Assembly: GCA_030167865.1 (NCBI GenBank)
Contig: JALAGF010000798.1
Location: forward strand, 52,741 to 72,740
Source: Craspedostauros australis
Taxonomy: Eukaryota
DNA: 20,000 nt
Direction of reading: 5' to 3'
Shown: piece after piece, positions 10,193-20,000 of the stretch
How the letters are laid out: every line of letters begins with the position of its first letter
Numbering within the stretch: the first letter of the stretch is position 1
The notes under the pieces: model-generated
The model's database searches: none
The model's input: the letters and a program-made list of their open reading frames with translations, nothing else
What the model was told of the DNA's origin: nothing
Program-made: the position numbers and the translations under genes

Positions 10193-12727
10193 TCACCTTC
10201 TCTCCTCTGCAACAAATGGGCGGTTGAATTGTTTTTCGATGTTTTCCAATCGACGGCTCAGGCCGCTGATGTGCTCGGAGGTATGGCTGGCGATCTGCTT
10301 CGCGAGCGCAATATCCCCCGCCTTGGCGTTGGCAACCGCCACACGGTACAAAGTGCGATTGTCCACGAGGCCGTCATTCTCCAACGTCCCCATGACGACC
10401 TTGGTCGCCGTTTCTACCTCTCCTAACTCACACAGCAGCGTCACGTACTCCAGAACGATACGGCGCGACGGAGCGATACCGTGCGCATCCATGTCCAGCA
10501 GTATGGTATCGACTGACTCCAACATCTGCGGAAACCAATCCCCGTGGTCGTGGCGCCCTTGGTCGGCAAGAATGTGTTTCTGCTGTCTCACATGCTTGCC
10601 CAATGCCTCGATCATGAACGAGAACGTATCATCGTTTGGCTTCAGTCCATGGCGAGTGATTTCATGAAACGCCCGTTGTGATCGTTGGACATCGCCACGT
10701 TCTGCGCACGCCGAGATTACCGCGTTGACGGTATGAATGGTGACGGGGTTGTCCTCTCCATCATCGCTGTTCTGGAGTAACCGGAGACCGACATCTACCA
10801 CTGCAACGTTGGACCGAATTGCGCGCGAGATACTGCGCAAGAGCGCCCGCGGGACCTGGAATCCATCGAGCTGCATCGCCGCCAAGGCTGAGAAGGCCAT
10901 GTCCAGACCTCTCCCTTTGCAGTTGGCGAACGCGATGACCGTATTCTCGTAGATGGTTTCGTTTGGACGGCATTCAAATTCATCCATGACCTGCCAGATG
11001 AGCTCAATGAGGTCGGCGTCGCCCTTGGTGGCGGCGCTTGCGGACATCGTTTCCAGCATCCCCACATCGATCTTGAGCGGGTGTTCGCTGGATCTTTGAG
11101 AAAGCTGCATGGACTGCGGAACTCCTGCCGTTTCTAACCTCTTCAGATCGATGAGTGCCTGCAGCGCGATGGAAAGCTTGTCAGTGTGGTGGAATGGGAA
11201 CATGTCGCCGATGGCCTTGACAACGATCGGTGGATACGGCAAGTAGCCCGAGTCCGCCAACCTCCGCATTATGTCATGGAATGGCATTTGAGAGCTCCGG
11301 TTGTGCTTGGATAAGACCAGGACATGTTGCATCCACTTGGGCTTAATTTCAGAATCGGCGTCGACCATGGCCTGGTAGATCAACGCGGCTTCTGCACTCA
11401 AGGCCATGCTCTTCTGCTTCAAAAGGCTTGCGATAAGCCTGGGATAGACCTCTTCGCGTTGTGCGGCGTCGAGCTGCTTGCAGTGTTTCTTCAGGTTGTC
11501 GCTGAAAATCTCCAAATCGTCGGGATTCATGAGCCCCGGAGTTATGCGACTGATGCTCTTGCAAAACTGAATGTACATGGGTCTCTGAAGTCCTTTGCTT
11601 TGTGGGTGCCGGTGGTGATGGTCGAGGACCTCCAACGCCTCCAGCGGGTGGTCCGCGCGGGCCATGACGAGGAAGAGGTCATGCAGTACCTTGACACCGA
11701 TTATCCCCCCTTGGTCCTTCTGGATGAGTTCGTGAAAGGCATCCATCGCCTCTTCAGCGCGTTTCTTGTTGATGCACCGCTTCAATTCTCGCAGAAGTTT
11801 TTGATTTTGCTCTCTTTCGTGCAAATCTCTTTGAGCCGCCCGAGCCTCGTCCATCAGTCTCGACGATGTGATGCGCAGACCTCCGTGTTGCGGTGCCCGT
11901 CCCTGCTGAGTCCCTGCTGTCGACAGCGCTTGTTGCGCATGTGCATCTTCAGTCTCTTGCTGCTGATGTCGATGATAAATGTGATCCACCTCAGCTGGGT
12001 CGATCTGTGGCAGGGTGCACACCAGGCTTTGTGATACTGGCTGCTGAGCTGGCGTTGAAACGGATACTGGAGCCTGCGGAGGCAAGCTGGAGAGGAGCTT
12101 GGCTACTGCAGGGGAAGATTCTACGTCGGTTGCCGCATCAGCGACCTGTTCAGCTTGTGTCTCCGGCTCGATCCGAGACTGCTGGTCCGCCACGACGACC
12201 TTATTGATGTTGAACAGCAGGCTGGTTCGGTGCGCGCGTGAATGAGCGCGTTTGCTAGAATCCAACGGCGTTGTGATGGCCGACGTAGCCGCACCCTGCA
12301 GCGAGTCCATCAGAAGCTTCATGGCGTTGCGCTTGGTGGAATCTGCCATGTCCGCATCGTTGGCCTCCACAACGAGTGGCATTCTGTCTGACGCTACCAT
12401 AGCATTCGCGCTCGCGCCGATGCTGGCCACCGCGCTTGAAGGACGGAATGGGCCGTGGTTCAGAAAGCTGGCCCTTCGTTGGGCAGAGATCTGCGGTGGC
12501 CGGCAGAGCACATCCGAGGTGGCGGCGCTGGATCCAAGGTTGGAACAGGACAACGGCAAGGGAGGACCGCGCAGCAGGTTGCTCTGATGCCTTCGCTGAT
12601 TTGAGAATTGGAACGCATGTCGATTTGCGTGCTGCTGCGCATGCTGCAATCGACGGAGGTGATAACGAAGCACCCTCTCTCTCCCTTTCCCGTGGATCAA
12701 CGATCCGCACTGTCCTGTGAGCACCAT
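10193..12727 (-). CDS. Pentatricopeptide-repeat (PPR) protein, probably mitochondrial, about 844 aa
   Basis: C-terminal PPR-like units, e.g. HTVNAVISACAERGDVQRSQRAFHEITRHGLKPNDDTFSFMIEALGK, PNETIYENTVIAFA and GIAPSRRIVLEYVTLLCELGEVETA. From ATG 12727 the N-terminus is Arg-rich and acid-poor (presequence-like). The start codon is inferred. Confidence 0.85.
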   Translation of the reverse strand: MVLTGQCGSLIHGKGRERVLRYHLRRLQHAQQHANRHAFQFSNQRRHQSNLLRGPPLPLSCSNLGSSAATSDVLCRPPQISAQRRASFLNHGPFRPSSAVASIGASANAMVASDRMPLVVEANDADMADSTKRNAMKLLMDSLQGAATSAITTPLDSSKRAHSRAHRTSLLFNINKVVVADQQSRIEPETQAEQVADAATDVESSPAVAKLLSSLPPQAPVSVSTPAQQPVSQSLVCTLPQIDPAEVDHIYHRHQQQETEDAHAQQALSTAGTQQGRAPQHGGLRITSSRLMDEARAAQRDLHEREQNQKLLRELKRCINKKRAEEAMDAFHELIQKDQGGIIGVKVLHDLFLVMARADHPLEALEVLDHHHRHPQSKGLQRPMYIQFCKSISRITPGLMNPDDLEIFSDNLKKHCKQLDAAQREEVYPRLIASLLKQKSMALSAEAALIYQAMVDADSEIKPKWMQHVLVLSKHNRSSQMPFHDIMRRLADSGYLPYPPIVVKAIGDMFPFHHTDKLSIALQALIDLKRLETAGVPQSMQLSQRSSEHPLKIDVGMLETMSASAATKGDADLIELIWQVMDEFECRPNETIYENTVIAFANCKGRGLDMAFSALAAMQLDGFQVPRALLRSISRAIRSNVAVVDVGLRLLQNSDDGEDNPVTIHTVNAVISACAERGDVQRSQRAFHEITRHGLKPNDDTFSFMIEALGKHVRQQKHILADQGRHDHGDWFPQMLESVDTILLDMDAHGIAPSRRIVLEYVTLLCELGEVETATKVVMGTLENDGLVDNRTLYRVAVANAKAGDIALAKQIASHTSEHISGLSRRLENIEKQFNRPFVAEERR

Positions 12728-13231
12728 GGCTTTGTTCTGCTGCGCTCTGTGCTCGCTGCTACGGGGACTGCAATTGATGCTGTGAGGAGGCGAGCAGAGC
12801 AGGGACACTAATGTGGTGCAATCGACAGAGCGGAGACTTTCGAGCGGTCGTTTCGCTGTTGTGCGGGTTGATGGGTTTGGTAGATTGGTCAGTTGTGAGC
12901 GGTGGCCTGTGGCATACACGCTCTCTCTCTCGCTCTCTCTCTTTTTGTGGTTTGGGAATCGAAGAGCGGAGGAAACTGCGGATGGAGCGGACACGCAAAC
13001 AGAAACAGCACACCACTCACGAGAACCCCACAACCAACATCGCGATGAACAATCTTCGGTGGCTGTCACGTGATGTGTGGTTCTTGTTTGTGGCGAAACC
13101 TGTTTGATTTTCACTTTATTTTCTTTAGGCGCATGTACTTCAACACATGGTACCACGCACACTTCTGGTACCTTGAAATGGTATCCTTTCCTTTCGTCTG
13201 GAACACTTTGGAACAGGAACGAAGACAGAAG

Positions 13232-13273
13232 CACCATGTACCATGCACCATGCACCAAACACCAAACACCAAC
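13232..13273 (+). repeat. Heptamer tandem array CACCATG/TACCATG/CACCATG/CACCAAA/CACCAAA/CACCAAC
   Basis: Six 7-bp units read directly. Confidence 0.85.
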
Positions 13274-13375
13274 AACTCGCAAAGAGAACAAGAACCACGA
13301 TGGTGACCGGTCTCAAACCCAACAGGGAGAGCACAGCACGCCTGCGGACCACCTTCTACCTTACTATTCTGCTGA

Positions 13376-13421
13376 CTTCTCGCTTCTCGCTTCTCACTTC
13401 CCACTTCCCACTTCCCACTTC
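13376..13421 (+). repeat. Heptamer tandem array CTTCTCG x2, CTTCTCA, CTTCCCA x3, CTTC
   Basis: About 6.5 units of 7 bp read directly. Confidence 0.9.
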
Positions 13422-13484
13422 ATCCATACGTACACGTACCAAACATAGAGTACACGCACATCCCCATCACATCGATACTGCAAG

Positions 13485-14261
13485 ATGAATGTGAGCATGC
13501 CGTCGCTGAAAGCTGCCGGTGCCAGAGCCTTCGCAAGCCTGCGCCAAGCTGGTTCGGGTGATCTCGTCGCATGTTGCAAACGCCGCCATCTTCCTGGTGA
13601 TGGCAGCTTCAACATGCGCACGGCAAGCATGGCAAGGCCCATGCCCACGTCAAGGATCGATCGATCAAGCGGGGTTGGTGCCGGCGTTGGATACAGGACA
13701 ACAGCCTCCGTTGGACCCCGGATGGGTGTCCCTGTCACCAGATGCCTTTCGGTCGATATGACGAACGGATGGACTATTCGAGATTCATTCTCGGCATTCC
13801 AGCATCGCCGCAGCTCGTCATCATCGTCATCATCAACAACATCATCATCATCGCCAGCACCAACATTGACGAATGACGATGAATCCAAGGACCCAGCATC
13901 AAATACGTCAAGCGACGATGCGTCGACTGCCGACTCATTCACGGACGTCCCAGGTTCAAAAGCCGGGGGCAAGAAACTGGCCATCGTCTTCACCTGCAAC
14001 GTTTGCGACACAAGGTCCGCGAAGCAATTCACGGAACATGCCTACACGAATGGCGTCGTCATCGTGCAGTGTCCCAAATGCAACAGCCGGCATCTAATCG
14101 CAGATAATCTGGGCATGTTCACGGACGACGAGGAATGGACGATTGAAGGAGCCATGGACAAGATGGGTCAATCCGTCACGCGCGTCACCGACGATAACGT
14201 GATGGAGCTGACGTTGGAAGATGTCGTGGGGGAGATTCCTCGATCACCGACCAAAACGTGA
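13485..14261 (+). CDS. DNLZ: DNL-type zinc-finger protein (Zim17/Tim15/Hep1, mitochondrial Hsp70 escort), 258 aa
   Basis: LAIVFTCNVCDTRSAKQFTEHAYTNGVVIVQCPKCNSRHLIADNLGMF is the zf-DNL signature. Long Arg/Ser-rich presequence-like N-terminus. Confidence 0.95.
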   Translation: MNVSMPSLKAAGARAFASLRQAGSGDLVACCKRRHLPGDGSFNMRTASMARPMPTSRIDRSSGVGAGVGYRTTASVGPRMGVPVTRCLSVDMTNGWTIRDSFSAFQHRRSSSSSSSSTTSSSSPAPTLTNDDESKDPASNTSSDDASTADSFTDVPGSKAGGKKLAIVFTCNVCDTRSAKQFTEHAYTNGVVIVQCPKCNSRHLIADNLGMFTDDEEWTIEGAMDKMGQSVTRVTDDNVMELTLEDVVGEIPRSPTKT

Positions 14262-14394
14262 CTCTAGAGAGAGTACTCAACTCCACTCAACTCAACCCTG
14301 TGCTACTCTACTCTACTCCATCGTCGTGAAAATTGTAATTCTAATGGAGCAATATTGTTAGCGGGACGAGAAAAGCAATTTTGACGGAACGACC

Positions 14395-17300
14395 TTAGCT
14401 ATTTGCGATGCTCTTGCGACGTTTGTCTTTCTTCTCCTTCGTCGATCCCTTCTTTTTCTTTTTGGAGCTGCTGCTGGAAACCGCAGCTGATGCATCCTTG
14501 TTCTCCTTCTTGGAGCGCTTCTTGTCTTTGTCTGATCTGTGCGACACCTTGGCGCTGGATCGCCTCTCCGACTCCTTCCGCTTGTGCTTTTTGTGGCTCT
14601 TGTCCTTCTTTGATTTCGTAGAAACAGAGGACGTGCGTCGGAGATGGGCCTTGGAATCGCGCAGGTATTCCGGAGCTTGCTCGTCCGAATCGACTGAAGC
14701 GCTCCGGGACAGCACCTTGTTCATGGATCGCAGTGACTGACGCAATCCCTGCGGATACTCCACCACCGAATGCTCCGTCTGGCTATCCGGGCTATCCGTG
14801 GAAGACCTTTCCGTTTCGCCCCCGTCTTCGCTGGTCTCCTTCGATCCATGTTTGTTAATCTTATCTTGACCAGTTTTCAAGACATCGGCTTCGTTGGCAT
14901 TGATCATCACGATGACTTCTGAATCGCTGCTGCTGTCGGAGGTGTTGGCCGCCCGCGAGGCACCGCTGCCAACCCCGGGCAGCACGGGCATCGGCGATGA
15001 CGCATCGTTCTCGAATTGTATTCGTTGCGATTTCTGTCGTTCCCCCATTGATCGTGGCGAGACGATTTTCTGACGCGTCCCATGATCAGAAACTCTGCGG
15101 AGTGGAGCGCTGGACGATTGAGGATCCCTTTCTTCGCCCCCTTGCGATTTATTCTTCCTGATGTCTGGGTGTTCATTGGCAACGGTTGATGACTGCTTCA
15201 GCGACCTCCGAGAGGACGGTTTGCCTTCATCGGTCTTGTCCTTCACTTTGCTTTTTCTGCTGCTCTTGCTCTTGCTTCGGCTCCTACCGCTGTTGCTGTT
15301 TGTATTTCCCTTTGATTCTGACTTGCGTTTCTTCTTATCCTTGTCCCTGTCCTTGTCTCTCTTCTTCGACTTATGTTTCCTCTCCTTGTCCTTCTTCTTT
15401 GAGGATTTGCGATGGCTGCGCTTCGAGACAGAGTCGTGATTGGAAGCCGAGGCCAAACCACTGGGAGTCTTCGGTGATGTCTCAGCAACTGGTTCAGCGC
15501 CTGTCTTCTTCGCCTGGTTGTCATTTTCAGCAGACCCTTCCAATAACGGCGGGCCTTTTATTGCGGCCATCTTGTTCTTCTTTGGCTTGCCCTTCGCGTC
15601 GTCACCCCGGAAGCACTTCGCCAGCGTTATGGGCGAAATGTTCCCATCGTCGTGTTGCACCTCGAGCTGCATGCCTGTGTGAAATCCGTCCTTCAACAAT
15701 GTGGCTAAGTTGCCCGCTGCAGCATCGCCGGCCTCCTTATCCTTAATTTTGGCCTCGGTAGTAGGCGATGAAGTATCGTTCTCTGCCTTCGACTTTTGTT
15801 CCTGTTGACGTTGACGTTGCTGTTCGGCCTCCGCTTGCGCTTGTTCACGTCTGGTGACGATCTCCACATGCTTGGCCTGCAACATCGTGCGCACTTTCAC
15901 GATCAAACTCGGCAATTCTTTCTCCTTGACGTTCAACAGCGGGATCGACGATCGTCGTCGCAACATCGGGCGGGTACCACGGCCTGATCGTGGCGTGTTT
16001 TCAGGCGTTTGCTGGTCGATCGGGATGATGATGGACGCGTCCTCCCATTGCTGGACTTGCACCATTCGCAATGCCATCTGCTTGGCCCATTGCTTGCCAT
16101 CGATGGTGCTGGTTCTCAGATCGTGTGCTTCATCCATTTCGTCAGAATCGTCAATGTCATCGGAAGAGGGTTCCATGCCGCCTTTCCAGTTCAGGATCTG
16201 TGTCTTCTTGGTCCATTCCTGCTTGTTCGATTGCAGCTCTTGGATGGCAAATATGATGTTGGCCATGCTTTTGCGTTGTCTTGAGCCAGTGACCTTCTCG
16301 GAGGAACAGATGCGGCACATGTTCATGGACGGGTATTGTTCTTTGGTGCAGTCTGCGGGATATGTTGATTTCTGAGACCCGAAAGCTGACTCTGATGACG
16401 ACAGCGGTGCAACTTGCGTTTTGCTCAGCAGCGGATCATCTTCGCGCGGGTAATGCGTGATGAATTGATTCGGATGCCGCATGCAGCAACCGTTGGATAG
16501 AAGCACGCCCAATGCCTTTTGAATCATCGAGGCATCATCATTGGTTTCATCATTGGCTTCATCAATGGTTTCATCATTGCTTTCAGTTGCAGTCTCATTC
16601 CCCCTTTCGTCTGCATTTGCGTGTGACGCCGCGCGTGATGTCTGTGGTGCGCCTTCTCCCGGCCCTTCATTCTGAGCGTCATCATGATGAAACGATGCCT
16701 CCCATCTCAGTTCGGTCTCACTGGATTCCTTCTTGACATCATCTATCATGCCCGCATCAGTCCATTCGGACATGGAGGGTATGGCGTTGATTTGCGGCTG
16801 AGAATGCTCCGAGTTCTGCGTGGAATGTTGCATGGAGTTCGACCTCCTCTGCTGAGGCGTCGATGGCGACGCTGCTGGTGGCACGGCAGGCGATGTGGTC
16901 AGCTTTTCAATGAGGGACTGCGGTGGTCGCTTCTTCAGCGTGAACGCTGATGACGTGGTCGAATGCTGCGATGATTTCATATCCAGCGACTGACGGGTTG
17001 AATTTGATTTGTTGACATCGGCCTTCGATGACGCCGATAATCGTCGTGCCGCGACTGGTGCTTGCTGTTGCTGTTGCGCTTGCTCTGCAGCTTTAAGATC
17101 CGCACTACCCTGGTGGTTTGCGACGCGCAATGTAGCATCGCTGGCGGTTGGAGCAGGCGGGGTGGCTGATGGCTCGGACCGTTTGCGGCGAACCGGCGCC
17201 TGTTCCGACGTGTTGGCAACTTTGCTCAGATCAAACGTCATGATTTGTGCGGTGGCATCGTTCTGCTCGCCGTCATTGTTCACGTCGTCTTCCGTGTCGC

Positions 17301-19140
17301 TGACAAGGCCATCGCCTTCATCGCCGCTTTCCAAGGTGACGACTTCGTAACTCACATCATCCTCAATCGTGACCTCGTCGTAATCAGAATCCGTCTCCGT
17401 GCCCACCTCCGATTCCTGGCCGCTGGATTGATGCTGGAGCTCGGTCTGCTGCTGCTCCATGAATTGGAGGTACGAATTCTGCGCCTGTTGCTGCTGTAGA
17501 TACCGCTCGTACTCTTCATCATCAATGACTTGTTCTTCGTAGGAAAACTCGCTGGTGCTGAAGGGTTTGGGTGGTGCGTTGTGTGCGCTGTCGCCATCTC
17601 GTCTTGTTGCATTTGCTTTGGCTTGAACAGCTCTTTGTTTGGCAACCACGGTTGTGCCAGGATTGAGCTGCTGCCTCTCCTTGCCACCATTTTCGCCATT
17701 CTCATCGTTATCACTGAGCGTGACTTCGTCGTACGACAATTCCGATGATTGCCGTGGAAGTGACAATCGCGGTTGCGCAGCTGAAGAAGAAGAAGCAGGT
17801 GGCGAAGCTTCCGTTGCTGGAGTTCCGGGTTTGGCAGGTTCCGGGGCTGGCCGATGGGTCTGTTTCTGTTTCTGTTTGGTCGCAGCAGGGCGGTTTGGTG
17901 TTTGGGGTTGCGACGAGAGCTGACGCAGTATGTCATGAGACGACGACGGTATGGCGGCGTTACCGATATCGTCGTCATCTTCGCAATTGATGCTCATGGA
18001 GTACTCGCTGCTGCCGGAGAATGAGGAATCGAAGTTGCTGCGTTGCGATGCGCTGATGGGTTGCATGGGCTTGTGCAGACGGAATTGGTTGTCGCGAGGA
18101 GCCGTGCGTGGAGGGCTCTTGCTTTTCTTATCGCTATTCCTGGAGTTCTTTGCTGTGGTCTGCGTCGACTGGGGCCTAGTGACTTGCGTTGGTTGTTGCC
18201 TTTGTGTTTGCCTTTGTGGTTGTCTTTGCCTCTGTATCTGTATCTGTTTGCTTGTCTGCACCTGTGCCTGTGCCTGTGCATGCAGTTTTGTTTGCGATTG
18301 CGGCTGCAGCGATGAATTCGATGTGTTTGCCGTTGCAGCTGTGGAAGATGAGACTTGCTGCTTGTCATGCGATGCGATGCGTGCGAGCGATCAGAGGGCA
18401 AAAGTGAGAGAAGTGAGAGGAATGGAATGCACAGAGATGCACCTTGATTAATAGTTGGCGATGCACACGACATACAAGGCACGAGACGCAAGGTACTATG
18501 CATATGAGCTACAGGTCGGAGTCCCCAAACCACAAACGCAAGTAACCGCGGAAGGGCGGAGTCGTATTCCACACTCCAAGCGTCGATGGCATGGTGCGAA
18601 CAAGCTCTGGTGGCTTACCTTCAGTGGTTGCTGGCGCTGTTTTGGAGCAGGTCTTGCCTGTTGCGGTTGCTGTTGCTGTTTAGGTTGCCGCTGCATTTGT
18701 TGTTGTCCATTCGATTGGCCTTGCCTTCCCTGCGAGGGCGGGGCCGTCCTTCGCACCGGCTGTTGCTGTGCTTGTTGCTGTGATCGTTGCTGTGTCGGTG
18801 GTGCCATCTCGCTGGAATGCTGCTGCATCACCGGCCTCCCATCCGCGGCTTGGCCTGGAGATCGTGACTGATCCGCATGGTTGGGAGACGGCAGCCGGTC
18901 CCTCTGCGGCTGTCGTATCTGCTGCTGCTGCTGCTGCTGAATATGCTGTTGCTGCTGAATATGTTGGTGGTGATTATGTTGCTGTTGATTGTGCAGCTGA
19001 TGCTGCGGACTACCTTGAAGCCCCGGCTTGCCACGAGGAGGCGTGCCATTGCGCTGAACCTGATGAGGCTGCGCTGCGGCTTGTTCTAGAGACACTGGCG
19101 GCGGCGGCGACGGCGACGATTCTGATTGACAGTTCCCCAT
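14395..19140 (-). CDS. Large, mostly disordered protein of unknown function; 2 exons (19140-18619, 18357 or 18360-14395), about 1,494 aa; N-terminal MGNCQS acylation motif
   Basis: Exon 1 is 174 Gln/Pro-rich codons ending AAG|GTAAGC. A phase-0 acceptor (AAG or CAG) joins it to a stop-free frame of about 1,320 codons. Acidic, Gln-rich and Lys-rich blocks surround one ordered-looking Cys/His segment. Confidence 0.8.
18358..18618 (-). other. Intron of the large protein gene (261 nt, or 258 nt with the proximal acceptor)
   Basis: Strong GTAAGC donor, pyrimidine-rich stretch and CTGAT branch-like motif before GACAAG/CAG. An in-frame stop lies inside the intron (ORF ends 18496). Confidence 0.8.
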
Positions 19141-19373
19141 CGTGCCTTGCAGAAGGCCTCAGCAACCCTTCGCCCGTCTCGTCGGTAGCCTGGTGGTTGT
19201 GTCCAACCTTTGCCGGTGTCTTCGCCTTGTTCTTTCGCTGGCTCTTGCGCTCTGCAGGGACGGCATACGCTGGATGCGCTGAATGTGTTGAGCGCGATCA
19301 ATGCGATCAATACAATGGACGCTTCTGTTTGATGCTGGGCGTCCGAACACACCGTGATGAATGGATGGACGGG

Positions 19374-19439
19374 TGCAAGTTGGTGGATGCAAGTTGGTGG
19401 ATGCAAGTTGGTGGATGCAAGTTGATGCAAGTTGGTGGA
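19374..19439. repeat. 14-bp minisatellite TGCAAGTTGGTGGA (4 full units plus one internally deleted unit)
   Basis: Units at 19374, 19388, 19402, a 10-bp unit at 19416, and 19426. Flanked on both sides by GATGAATGGATGGA. Confidence 0.92.
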
Positions 19440-19718
19440 TGGACAGATGAATGGATGGATGAAAGGTTCGGCCGCGTTTCCAGTTTTTTGCGTTCCTCTC
19501 TCGTCTGTTGTTCCCTCCAGCTCCAGAGATCACACAAAAGCCTCGCAGATCGTATTCGATTCCATCACCTTCACAGTAGTAGAGGAGCCTTAAGACCCCA
19601 TTCAGGATAGAAACGTACGTTTTTGCGGATTTTTAAGATAAGCACTTAGATCATCCTATTATGTTGCATAGAGTATATGAGTGAAGTTACAAGATCCTGG
19701 GCCTTATAGTTAAAAAGT

Positions 19719-20000
19719 TTATATTTTTCGCATTAGTCTACGACTAGAAACGTTGAGCATGCGGACGTTGAGAGGCACGTAGGGTTCGGAATCGCCAGTC
19801 GTGCTTCGGCTCGCTGTCCAGTCGTGTCCATCATCGGCGCTCTCGCATTTCGCACGGGTGAGACGGTTGGGTGCGAAGAAATGATGAGGATTGCGCAGTG
19901 GCGGCAGGCTTGCTGCGGCCGATGCTTCGTCTGGGCTGCCGATCAGGCATCGCAATCCAGAGTTGTGGGTTGGTGGGTAATCCAGATCTTGATGCCCAGC
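19719..20000 (-). CDS. Possible 3' end of a gene continuing beyond the window
   Basis: One minus-strand frame is open from the window edge to TAA at 19719 (93 codons) and is followed by an abrupt AT-rich tract. No recognisable domain. Confidence 0.3.
   Translation of the reverse strand, partial: AGHQDLDYPPTHNSGLRCLIGSPDEASAAASLPPLRNPHHFFAPNRLTRAKCESADDGHDWTASRSTTGDSEPYVPLNVRMLNVSSRRLMRKI

Noticed and set aside
12728..13291. 188-codon upstream extension of the PPR ORF
   Set aside because: It runs through microsatellites and the divergent promoter, starts at a non-ATG codon and reads as non-coding. ATG 12727 gives a plausible presequence.
14400..15430. Lys/Ser-rich blocks as silaffin-like biomineralisation domains
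   Set aside because: The protein has no signal peptide, and the KKKDK/RSRSK tracts look like generic basic low-complexity or NLS-like regions.
19374..19439. CRISPR or telomeric array
   Set aside because: Units abut with no spacers, the context is eukaryotic and internal, and the unit is not TTAGGG-like.
19590..19745. AT-rich tract with 12-bp palindrome AAACGTACGTTT (19611-19622) as a transposon end or LTR
   Set aside because: No partner terminus, TSD or transposon coding sequence in the window. It is more simply a 3' UTR or terminator region.

Overview
Eukaryotic nuclear DNA, gene-dense, with spliceosomal GT-AG introns and microsatellite-rich intergenic spacers. It is most likely a diatom or related photosynthetic stramenopile (inference, chiefly from a signal peptide followed by +1 Phe, typical of complex-plastid targeting). 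Seven protein genes are supported. (1) eIF2 gamma, minus strand, 2 exons. (2) Queuosine-salvage hydrolase QNG1/DUF2419, plus strand. (3) A plastid-targeted protein of unknown function, minus strand. (4) A 3-exon amino-acid transporter, plus strand. (5) A PPR protein, minus strand. (6) A DNL zinc-finger Hsp70 escort protein, plus strand. (7) A ~1,490-aa, 2-exon, mostly disordered protein with an N-terminal dual-acylation motif, minus strand. A possible eighth CDS end lies at the right edge. The first six genes form three head-to-head pairs. I see no CRISPR array, RNA gene or intact mobile element, and I cannot claim a clearly new multi-gene system. The best leads are an 18/19-bp element shared at about -410 by two different genes, ACGT-core motifs in all three divergent promoters, the architecture of the large acylated protein, and heptamer arrays whose unit changes stepwise.
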